A DNA stretch of 64,000 nt from Acidimicrobiales bacterium (GTDB lineage: Bacteria; Actinomycetota; Acidimicrobiia; Acidimicrobiales; RAAP-2), in assembly GCA_051985685.1 (NCBI GenBank), contig JBPYFR010000175.1, forward strand, positions 3,495-67,494, in the 5' to 3' direction. The notes under the pieces are model-generated. The model was not told the origin of the DNA. It ran no database searches and worked only from the letters and a program-made list of their open reading frames with translations. This document shows positions 33,688 to 41,749 of the stretch, piece after piece; within the stretch, counting starts at the first letter, position 1; every line of letters starts with the position of its first letter. Position numbers and translations under genes: made by a program.

Positions 33688-35877
33688 TCAGTGGCCTTGG
33701 GTCAGGCTCCGGCACAACGTCATGGGTGCGCTCTCTGTCACGGCCCACTGCGCGACATAGTCCCTTGACGAGTGAACGGGGATGTTGGCGACGGTCACCG
33801 CGGGGGGTGCCGAGCCCGGCGATTGCGTGGTGGAAGTCACAACGGCTGGACCGTCACCGGCCACGTAGTGGTTGACCATGTTCGGAGAGCCGTACCACGA
33901 CACGACGAGTGAATTCAGGTTGGGGTCGATCGTCACGACCAGTTGAAGCTGCTCGTGGTTGCGAACTTCCGTGTCGGTGATGGGAAATGGCCATCCCGCG
34001 GGCGACGGCCAAGTCTTCGCGGAGATGCCCGAATTGTAGAGATCTAGTCGCACGAAATCAGGGTGGCCATTGACCCTGGCGCGTTCCACGACGAGCCTGC
34101 TCTTTCCGTAGGTCATGAGCGTCGCAGGTTGGGTGAGGTTGCGAGCTGGACGGTTGAAGGTGAACCCAATGACATGGGTGAACGCTGGGGATTGCTCGAC
34201 CGGCTTCCACGTGTAGTGCTCGTCGTATTGACCGGGAACGTACTTAATGGCGTTGCCGGTCGAAAGGTAGAGGCCCGAGCAGTGGTTCACGGCGAAGAGC
34301 TGCCCCGCCGGTCCCCAATAGGGAAGGCTGGGCCCTTGCCGCACGCTGTTCGCAAGGGAACCGATGCTCAGTGACTTCGCCACGGAGACGAACCGCGCGC
34401 TCTGGGCGACCGTCCACTGGGTTACGGGGAACGCGGCGATGGCTAGATTCGCCGCGATGCAGTAGACGCCAACCGTCGCGAGAGTGCCGAGGGCGAGGCC
34501 CCTGATCCGCTGAGGGCGGTTCTCCAGACGGCGCCACATGTCGATCAGGCCGATGCCGGCGGCGATGATGAACAAGGGCATCAGATCGGCCAAGTATCGC
34601 TGCGAGATGTATCCCCACAGCAACACCCCGCCGGCGCCCGCGGCGGCTCCGAAAAAGATGATCCGGGTCAGCTGCACCTGCCCGACGCCCCGCGGCCGGA
34701 AGGCGGTGACCGCACCCCATAGGCCGAGCAGGAGGAGCAGAGGGCTCGTGTCCGTGAAGCTCGCGGTCGGGTACGACTGGTCGAGCACCGCACCGGCGAG
34801 CCACGGCGCGGGACCCCCCGGCGGACTGAAGAACGGGAACAATCCTCCGAGACGCATGCCGAGGGGCTGGAAGTAAGCCGAAAGGCTGCTGGGCAGGAAT
34901 GCGAAATTGAATGCCTTCCCACCGTTGGCGGCCAGGAAGTAGCGGCGGTGGTAATTGACCTTGGCCCAGTACTCGTCGGCCATCGGAAGGCCGATCGGAA
35001 TGCCGAACTTGGCGTAGGTCACGACACAGCCAATGAGGAATGGGACGACGCCGACGGCCAGCATCGGTAAGGCCCAGCGCCTATTGGAGACGCCGCCCCG
35101 TCCCAGTGCGAACCATCCCGCGATGAGAACGGCTGCGATAGTGCAGCCCCAACCGGGCGGGATGCGGTTGAGACTTGTGCAGAGGATGAGCACGCCGCTG
35201 GCAACCACGCGTCCCCACGTCGGCCGTTCGAGAACGCCGAGGAGGGCGAAGAGGCTGCCGACGGTGAGCGCGATGCTCCACGCAAAGTCCTCGTTGTAGA
35301 TGAAGGGAGTTGCCGCCAGGTAAAGGACGACCGAACCACCCATGATGGTGGCCATGAGGGTCCCATAAGCCGCCGACTCCGCCCGTCCGAGCAACGCGTC
35401 TCCGCGCATGAGAAGACGGAGGCGCCAGAGCATCAATGAGCTGAAGACCGCGGTCGCAACCCAAGCCAGAAGGATGGAGGGTGCTGTCATCTGACCATCG
35501 AGCCTGCTCGTCACGAGCAGAATGGGCATCCGGATGATGGACGGGAACAAGCCGAAGTACGTGTAATCGTGTCCAGCGTGACGGAAGGCTTCGATACCCA
35601 TCCTCCCGGGAGGCAGGTAGAGGTGGCCATGAAACAGCGCTCTTGCCTGTAGGTCGTAGAAGTTGGCGTACGGGACGGCCCGCAACGGGTTCAACGACCC
35701 AGACCACAGGTCCCACTGCAGCCAGAGGAACAACGGCAGGGTGATTGCAGTGCCGACGATGACCGCGACGACGAATCGCCGTCGGCTCAGTTCGGCCGGC
35801 GACCGAAGGCGCGGTTGAGGCTCATCCGTCGGCAGCGCCTCGCCGGCGGACAGATCTGGTTCTGTTATGACCGCCAT
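33688..35877 (-). CDS. Polytopic membrane protein (roughly 12 TM by eye) with a roughly 230-aa C-terminal non-membrane domain; putative unclassified GT-C-like transferase, paralogue A
   Basis: NFYDLQARALFHGHLYLPPGRMGIEAFRHAGHDYTYFGLFPSIIRMPILLVTSRLDG, then many hydrophobic segments, with a hydrophilic C-terminus containing WGPAGQLFAVNHCSGLYLS. About 50 percent identical by eye to the product of 38925..41009. I do not recognise the family. Confidence 0.6.
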   Translation of the reverse strand: MAVITEPDLSAGEALPTDEPQPRLRSPAELSRRRFVVAVIVGTAITLPLFLWLQWDLWSGSLNPLRAVPYANFYDLQARALFHGHLYLPPGRMGIEAFRHAGHDYTYFGLFPSIIRMPILLVTSRLDGQMTAPSILLAWVATAVFSSLMLWRLRLLMRGDALLGRAESAAYGTLMATIMGGSVVLYLAATPFIYNEDFAWSIALTVGSLFALLGVLERPTWGRVVASGVLILCTSLNRIPPGWGCTIAAVLIAGWFALGRGGVSNRRWALPMLAVGVVPFLIGCVVTYAKFGIPIGLPMADEYWAKVNYHRRYFLAANGGKAFNFAFLPSSLSAYFQPLGMRLGGLFPFFSPPGGPAPWLAGAVLDQSYPTASFTDTSPLLLLLGLWGAVTAFRPRGVGQVQLTRIIFFGAAAGAGGVLLWGYISQRYLADLMPLFIIAAGIGLIDMWRRLENRPQRIRGLALGTLATVGVYCIAANLAIAAFPVTQWTVAQSARFVSVAKSLSIGSLANSVRQGPSLPYWGPAGQLFAVNHCSGLYLSTGNAIKYVPGQYDEHYTWKPVEQSPAFTHVIGFTFNRPARNLTQPATLMTYGKSRLVVERARVNGHPDFVRLDLYNSGISAKTWPSPAGWPFPITDTEVRNHEQLQLVVTIDPNLNSLVVSWYGSPNMVNHYVAGDGPAVVTSTTQSPGSAPPAVTVANIPVHSSRDYVAQWAVTESAPMTLCRSLTQGH

Positions 35878-35885
35878 GTCCCGCC

Positions 35886-36761
35886 CTAGCCTTGGGGGCC
35901 CTTTCGCTGGATGCGGTCGCGATACCCGAGGACCTTGCTGGCCAATTCATCGGAGATCCCGAGGTGCCGCTTGGCCCAGTCATAGCCTCGCAGAATCTGT
36001 TTGTCCGCGAAGATGAGGAATGAGCGCGCCCCATCGCCCGGTCGAGGTCGATACTCCGTTGAGCGGACCATCGGGTCCTTCTCGACGCTGAAGTAGTAGA
36101 GCGCCAGGGAACGCCGCATCACACCCTCCGGGCAGCGCATCGGCTCTGGATGGCCGTGGAAGGACGTGGGATCGGTCGTGAAGATCACAGCCCTGTTCTG
36201 GACCGGCCTGATCTTCTGGACGCACCGCTTCATGTCGGTGCTCCACAATTCGAGGTCGCCGCCGTACTCGGGATCCCAGTCATCGTTGAGGTAGAGGATG
36301 ATGTTGGCTCGACGCTGCCACGTCCGATTGTGGGGGTGGACGGTGAAGTCAGCGTGGATGTTGAGAAAGCCTCCCCTCGTCGACTGGTGGAGACCGCCGC
36401 CCTCGAGCGACGGATCAGCGATGAGATCGTCCTGGCCGAGAAGATTGCCGATGAAGCGCACGAAGCGGAGGGAGTTCAGCTCTTCGAGGATGCGTTGCAG
36501 GGTCGGACCCCAGGACGTTGGATCGGTGTTGCTGAACTTCCGCTCGTTGACGTGGAGGTAGTTGGTCCATCGCGCCGGGTCGAGAGTGGGAAACTCGGCG
36601 ATCGCGGCTTCTGCCGCACGCGGTTCGAGGAATTCGTCGATCACGATGTGGGGATAGGGGTCGGCCGCCTGGTATTCGGCATGCAAGTGCTCGACGTCGC
36701 GCTCCAATGCCGTCAAGTCGAGCACGGGCAACGGCATCTCGGTCTCTGGCTGGAGGGTCAT
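35886..36761 (-). CDS. 2-oxoglutarate/Fe(II)-dependent oxygenase superfamily protein
   Basis: GGFLNIHADF (HxD), ANIILYLNDDWDPEYGGDLELW, FHGHPEP (distal His), NRAVIFT. This is the pattern of 2OG-FeII_Oxy_3 / prolyl-hydroxylase-like domains. Confidence 0.8.
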   Translation of the reverse strand: MTLQPETEMPLPVLDLTALERDVEHLHAEYQAADPYPHIVIDEFLEPRAAEAAIAEFPTLDPARWTNYLHVNERKFSNTDPTSWGPTLQRILEELNSLRFVRFIGNLLGQDDLIADPSLEGGGLHQSTRGGFLNIHADFTVHPHNRTWQRRANIILYLNDDWDPEYGGDLELWSTDMKRCVQKIRPVQNRAVIFTTDPTSFHGHPEPMRCPEGVMRRSLALYYFSVEKDPMVRSTEYRPRPGDGARSFLIFADKQILRGYDWAKRHLGISDELASKVLGYRDRIQRKGPQG

Positions 36762-36803
36762 CTCGAGTTCGTCCCTCCAGGTGTCGTTACGGGCATCTGA
36801 GGA

Positions 36804-37841
36804 TTACCTCCCGACCGGGACTGGTGTCCGTCGCGCGCTGAAGCTGGCGATCAGGGCCCGAGTAAGGAAGAGGACATAGCCGTGCGAGAGAACTTCGGCG
36901 TGCCGAGTGAAGAGATCGGTCTGGCTCAGCCGGCGATGCAATTCCTTAAGACCCCGGTACGGGATGGTGGGAAGGACATGGTGCTCGAAGTGGTACTCCA
37001 TTCTGGCCCCCACGAGGTGATTTTGCAGCCAGCCGGCGTAGCTGGTCCGAGCGACCCAGTTCACTGAGTTCGGCTCACGAAGGCCCGTATCGTAGTGCTC
37101 GGCGATCGTCTTCAGACGAAGAATCATCGGGTACAAGCACACGATCGGCACGATCCAGAAGACCATGTAGAAGAGGATCCCCCGTAGAACCCCCTGAAAG
37201 AGAACGAACTGGCCGAGGACGATCACTTGGGTGATGACCTTGCCCGCGAGCAGCCGTGGTTTCGCGAGCAAGCTCGGAGGTGCACCAGATACCTGGGACG
37301 TGCCTGAGAGCCGCGTCGTTGCCCGCCGGAAGGCCGTCACCCCCAGGAGATCTTGTAGCAGGAGTACCGTCAGTGCACCACGTCGATATGGGACGAAGTA
37401 GAACACCCGATCCGGATCACGCTCCTGTCCCAGATAGCGATGGTGGAGGCGGTGGGTGGGACGGTATTCCTCGACGGAATTGATCGTCCAGAAGGCGATG
37501 CCCCAGTTGCAGATCCGGTCGTTCAGCGTCCGCGACTTGGCCAGCAAGCCGTGTGACCCTTCATGCAGGATCACGCCGTAGGCATTCATCCTCAGACCGA
37601 GCAAGAGGACCAACACCACCCCGATCGGTATCGACCAGGCCAAGGGCAAGCGAGGGAGGAGGTTGGCGCAGGTGAGGAGAACGGCCACTTCGAGCCACAA
37701 CACCCCGATTGCCGCGAACGTGTCGGGCAACGACTGCTGTGAAAGCGACTGGAGCTCGTCCGTGCCCACCAGTTGCGCGAGCTGCTCGCGCCAAAGACGT
37801 TCGTTGTCGAGCGAAGCCTCTTTCCCTGGTTGCAACGCCAT
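36804..37841 (-). CDS. Membrane fatty-acid desaturase/hydroxylase family di-iron protein
   Basis: Three His boxes: HEGSH, HRLHH and HFEHH, plus hydrophobic helices. ATG 37841 is preceded by GGGAGGG; TTG 37862 is the alternative start. Confidence 0.85.
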   Translation of the reverse strand: MALQPGKEASLDNERLWREQLAQLVGTDELQSLSQQSLPDTFAAIGVLWLEVAVLLTCANLLPRLPLAWSIPIGVVLVLLLGLRMNAYGVILHEGSHGLLAKSRTLNDRICNWGIAFWTINSVEEYRPTHRLHHRYLGQERDPDRVFYFVPYRRGALTVLLLQDLLGVTAFRRATTRLSGTSQVSGAPPSLLAKPRLLAGKVITQVIVLGQFVLFQGVLRGILFYMVFWIVPIVCLYPMILRLKTIAEHYDTGLREPNSVNWVARTSYAGWLQNHLVGARMEYHFEHHVLPTIPYRGLKELHRRLSQTDLFTRHAEVLSHGYVLFLTRALIASFSARRTPVPVGR

Positions 37842-37924
37842 CGCCCGAGGCCCTCCCCCCAACCGAATCCACCGAATGTACAGTACCCGTCAAACGACAA
37901 TCAATCGGGCAAAGGACCAGCGTA

Positions 37925-38914
37925 GTGGAGTCGCCACCGAGCGCAGATGCAGGGACTCGCCCCGCTCAGGGCGTGGCGGACGGGGACGGAGCTGAGGCAA
38001 GACGCTGCCCGATCTGTGGCTCCGCCACCACGTGGCTCTACCGGACCGACGTCGCTGATCTGGAGTACTTCGTCGTCCCGCCCCGCCCGTTCGCCATGCA
38101 GAAGTGCGGGGACTGTTCATCGGAGTTCCTGACGCCACGTCCTCTCGAATCGGAGCTCCCTCCCTTCTATCCGAGCGATTACCACGCCTACAACGAGAAC
38201 CACAGTGGAGTCGCCCGGCTCCTGGTGCAGTTCCGGGCCCGGTCCCGGGCCCGGTTCTATGGTCGCCTCATCGGGAGCCGTTCCGGCCGAATCTTCGACG
38301 TCGGGACCGGCGATTGCCGCCACTTCGACGAGCTTCGCCGCTTTCTCGACCTCGAGTGCGCAGGTGTGGAGATCCAGTCGGACGTCGCCGCCAAGGGGAG
38401 GGCGAGGGGATACGACGTCCTGGAGGGCACCCTCGAGACAGCGGACTTGACCGATCATGCGGGACGATACGACATCGTCTCCATGAATCACATCCTCGAA
38501 CATGTGGTCTCACCCCGCACCATGCTCGAACGCGCCTTCGATCTCCTGCGGCCCGGTGGACACGTCATCGGCCAGTTGCCCACTGTCTCGTCCTGGGAGA
38601 ACAAGTTGTTTGGCCACAATTGGGGTGGCTACCACTACCCGCGGCACCTGCAAATCCCATCAAAGGCCGGTCTGAAGGGCCTTCTCGAAGACGTTGGATT
38701 CTCCTCGATCAGCGTGCGGTCGGCGCCCCACATCCAGACGACGATCTCGTTGCAGAACACGCTTGTTCGGCGCGGCTGGCATCCCGAGATGCGCAATGGC
38801 AAGACGCCGGCTTACGGCGCGCTCCTCGTCGCCGCGCTTCCTTACGAAACGGTCGCGTGGCTGTGCGACGAAGGCGGTATCGTCAACTTCCGAGCCCAAA
38901 AGGGCAGTTCCTGA
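37925..38914 (+). CDS. Class I SAM-dependent methyltransferase with an N-terminal Cys4 zinc-ribbon
   Basis: Part of ORF 37709..38914. CPICGS...CGDCSS, then IFDVGTGDCRHF, YDIVSMNHILEHVVSPRTML, GGHVIGQLP. The start is uncertain (GTG 37925 or 37973), because the long ORF would overlap the divergent desaturase gene. Confidence 0.8.
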   Translation: MESPPSADAGTRPAQGVADGDGAEARRCPICGSATTWLYRTDVADLEYFVVPPRPFAMQKCGDCSSEFLTPRPLESELPPFYPSDYHAYNENHSGVARLLVQFRARSRARFYGRLIGSRSGRIFDVGTGDCRHFDELRRFLDLECAGVEIQSDVAAKGRARGYDVLEGTLETADLTDHAGRYDIVSMNHILEHVVSPRTMLERAFDLLRPGGHVIGQLPTVSSWENKLFGHNWGGYHYPRHLQIPSKAGLKGLLEDVGFSSISVRSAPHIQTTISLQNTLVRRGWHPEMRNGKTPAYGALLVAALPYETVAWLCDEGGIVNFRAQKGSS

Positions 38915-38924
38915 CCCGCTTCGC

Positions 38925-41009
38925 TCAGTGAATCAGGCTTTCACAGAGGGCCGGACGCGGTGAGTGCTCCTGGCTCACCTGCAGAGCCCTTGGTGTGCCT
39001 TGGGACGCTGTCGTGGTGGAAGCAACCCGGATCGGTTCCTCGTTTGTCATCGTGGTCGCCAAGAGCGTCACTCCGTCGATGCTCGCTGCGAACTGGTGCT
39101 TGACCGCATCCGTCGTCACTGTCACCGTATGCGCGCTCCGGGAGTCGACCTCGTATGAGATGCCGCCGGCGAGGGGGCTGGCTCCGCGGTAGAGGCTGAA
39201 CGTCAACGAGACCCGATGTGGATCCGTCGTCGGCGCCGCGTTCATGCGCAACGTGTCCTGGCCAGCATTCACCAGTGGAACCGACGCCACCCCTGCGGTC
39301 GGGCTCTTCACCGTTATGTGGAAATCGTGCTGGAACGCTGGACCAAGTTGGACGGTCATCCAAGTTGTGCGCTGGAACTGCTCGCTCGGTACGGTCGAAT
39401 AGTTCTCCCCGTTCGACACGTACAGCCCATCGCAGTCTCCGACGACGTACAACTGTCCGGCCGGCCCCCAGGGAGGCAGTGCGCTCGCACGTACCACCTT
39501 CGCCTGCAACGGGTGCCCGGTGAGATCGCTCACGCTCTTTTGGCCCTCGACATAGTTGAGGACTTGCGTCGTGGTCCACTCCTCGTTGGGGGCGACTGCC
39601 ATCCCGACGTTTGCCGCGATGCTGAAGACGGCCCCCACCGTCAGGATGCCCACGGCCGCCGCGCGCACCGAACGCCGCCGCCCTTCCAGACGACGGAAGA
39701 TGTCGGCCGTCGCCACCGCACTGGCCAGCACGATGAACGGCACGAAATCACCCAGGTACCTCGGCGAGATGTAGCCCCACAGCATCAGGGCGGCGGCGGC
39801 GCCCCCAGCGGCCAACAGCAGCAGGCGCGTGCGCGCAACCTGTCCGACCGCCCGGGGACGAAAGGCCGTCACGAGGCCCCAGGCGCTCAGCAGGAAGAGC
39901 AGCGGCGTCGAAGCCGGAAGGCTTGCCGTCCGGTACAGCCGGTCGAAGAGCACGCCACCAACCGCCGTGGGTGGGCTTGCAGGCAGGGTGATGAACGGAA
40001 AGACGCGGCTGAAGCTGAGCCCATCAGGACGAAAGTAGGTGACGAGGTTGGTCGGCACGAAGATGACGCCTTCCTCGGCATTGTGGTTGGCGGCTAGGAA
40101 CCTCTGTCGATAGGCGTTCATGTGCGTCCAGACCTGCTCGGCGTTCGAGACCCCGAACAGGACACCGAATTTGGCGTAATTGACGGCGCACGAGATGACC
40201 ACGGGTATAAGGCCTGCCGCAAAGACAGGGACGAACCAGCGGCGATTGTCTCGCCCACCAAGGCCGAACAGGAACCACACCGAAATCAGGCCGGCGGCCA
40301 CGGCACAGGCCCAGCCCGTGGTTGCGCGGTCGAAGTTGGCACACAAAATCAGCACGCCGCTGGCTACCACCCGGCCCCACGACGGCCGCTCGACCACGCC
40401 GAGGAGGGCGAAGATGCTCCCCAGAGTCAGGCAGATGCTCCACGCGATGTCCTCGTTGAAGACGAAGGGAGTTGCTGCGAGCAGCATCCAGATCGTCCCG
40501 CCCATCACCGTGGCTATCAGGACTCCGAACCCAGCGGCCTCCATTCTGCTCATGGGGGAGTCGCCGCGAACGAGGAACCGAACTCGCCACAGCAGCAGGG
40601 ACGAGAACAAACCTGTCAACAACCAGGCCAGCAGTATGTATGGCGCGTTGAGCTTGCCATCCAGGCTGCTGGTCACCAGGAGCACCGGCATCCGGATGAT
40701 CGATGGAAACAGGCCGAAGTACGTGTACGTGTGCCCGCCGTGCACGAATCCCTCGAGGCCGATGGCTCCGTTGGCCAGATACAGATGGCCATGGAACATG
40801 GCGCGGGCCTGAATATCGAAGAAGTTGCCTTCGTAGGCGGTGGCGCGCACCGCAGAGGTGGGGCCCCAATCCGACCAGAGGATCCAGACGAAGGGAACGG
40901 CGGTGAGGCCGATGGCGATCAGCGCAGCCCAGGTGAATCGACGTCGGCCAGCGTCGATCTCCGACCGCGGCGGGGCTTCCTCGATCGTTGCGGTGTCCGG
41001 CGCAGACAT
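38925..41009 (-). CDS. Polytopic membrane protein with a C-terminal non-membrane domain; putative unclassified GT-C-like transferase, paralogue B
   Basis: ORF 38925..41132. GNFFDIQARAMFHGHLYLANGAIGLEGFVHGGHTYTYFGLFPSIIRMPVLLVTSSLDG and C-terminal WGPAGQLYVVGDCDGLYVS. ATG 41009 (MSAPDTAT) gives an N-terminal length matching paralogue A; GTG 41132 is the alternative start. Confidence 0.6.
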   Translation of the reverse strand: MSAPDTATIEEAPPRSEIDAGRRRFTWAALIAIGLTAVPFVWILWSDWGPTSAVRATAYEGNFFDIQARAMFHGHLYLANGAIGLEGFVHGGHTYTYFGLFPSIIRMPVLLVTSSLDGKLNAPYILLAWLLTGLFSSLLLWRVRFLVRGDSPMSRMEAAGFGVLIATVMGGTIWMLLAATPFVFNEDIAWSICLTLGSIFALLGVVERPSWGRVVASGVLILCANFDRATTGWACAVAAGLISVWFLFGLGGRDNRRWFVPVFAAGLIPVVISCAVNYAKFGVLFGVSNAEQVWTHMNAYRQRFLAANHNAEEGVIFVPTNLVTYFRPDGLSFSRVFPFITLPASPPTAVGGVLFDRLYRTASLPASTPLLFLLSAWGLVTAFRPRAVGQVARTRLLLLAAGGAAAALMLWGYISPRYLGDFVPFIVLASAVATADIFRRLEGRRRSVRAAAVGILTVGAVFSIAANVGMAVAPNEEWTTTQVLNYVEGQKSVSDLTGHPLQAKVVRASALPPWGPAGQLYVVGDCDGLYVSNGENYSTVPSEQFQRTTWMTVQLGPAFQHDFHITVKSPTAGVASVPLVNAGQDTLRMNAAPTTDPHRVSLTFSLYRGASPLAGGISYEVDSRSAHTVTVTTDAVKHQFAASIDGVTLLATTMTNEEPIRVASTTTASQGTPRALQVSQEHSPRPALCESLIH

Positions 41010-41215
41010 AGCGCGTTCGATCGAGGCGTCCGAACTCCCCTTGGGGGGAGCAACTTGAACGGAACTGCCAGTACCCTCCCCCACGGCGCAGGAGTGTAGC
41101 GAAATGGAGTCCATCCCAACGATCGCCACCACCCTGGCCGTGACGCCTCGAAATGGGGTTTGCCGATGACACGCGCCGGGGCGGTGTCGCTGCTCACGGA
41201 GTAGCCTCTCGCGCC

Positions 41216-41719
41216 ATGAAGACAGCCCTGGTCCGGCTGTGGCGCCGTTGTCAGACCCCCCAGGGATTGAAGCTCATCCGCTACTCGATGGTGTCGGTGA
41301 TCTCCGCGCTGACCTCGCTGGTGATCCTGACCATCATCTTTGGGGTGCTGCGTCTGTGGGGCGAGGTCGTGAGCACCCTCGTCGCGAACATCCTGGCGGG
41401 CATTCCGTCTTACTATCTCAACAGGCAGTGGGTGTGGAAGAAGTCGGGGCGGTCCCATATCTGGAGAGAGCTGCTCCCGTTCTGGGTGATGTCGATAACC
41501 GGCATCCTTTTCGCACTCTTCACGGCCTCGTTGGCGCGCAACTTCGCGAACACACACCATCTGGAGCATTTGGCCCGCACCGTCCTGGTCGTGGGAGCCA
41601 ACATCACCGCCTTCGGCATCCTGTGGGTTCTCAAGTTCCTCATCCTCAATCGGCTGTTCGCAGAGATCGCCGACGCCGAGGTCGGGGCTGAAGAGCCGGA
41701 GACCGCTGACAACCGTTAA
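41216..41719 (+). CDS. GtrA-family small membrane protein (putative polyprenyl-phosphate-sugar flippase)
   Basis: Part of ORF 41153..41719. LIRYSMVSVISALTSLVILTIIFGVL...VANILAGIPSYYLNRQWVWKK, four TM segments, 167 aa. Confidence 0.85.
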   Translation: MKTALVRLWRRCQTPQGLKLIRYSMVSVISALTSLVILTIIFGVLRLWGEVVSTLVANILAGIPSYYLNRQWVWKKSGRSHIWRELLPFWVMSITGILFALFTASLARNFANTHHLEHLARTVLVVGANITAFGILWVLKFLILNRLFAEIADAEVGAEEPETADNR

Positions 41720-41749
41720 GTAGAGAGTCCGGTCAGCATCTTCACGACT

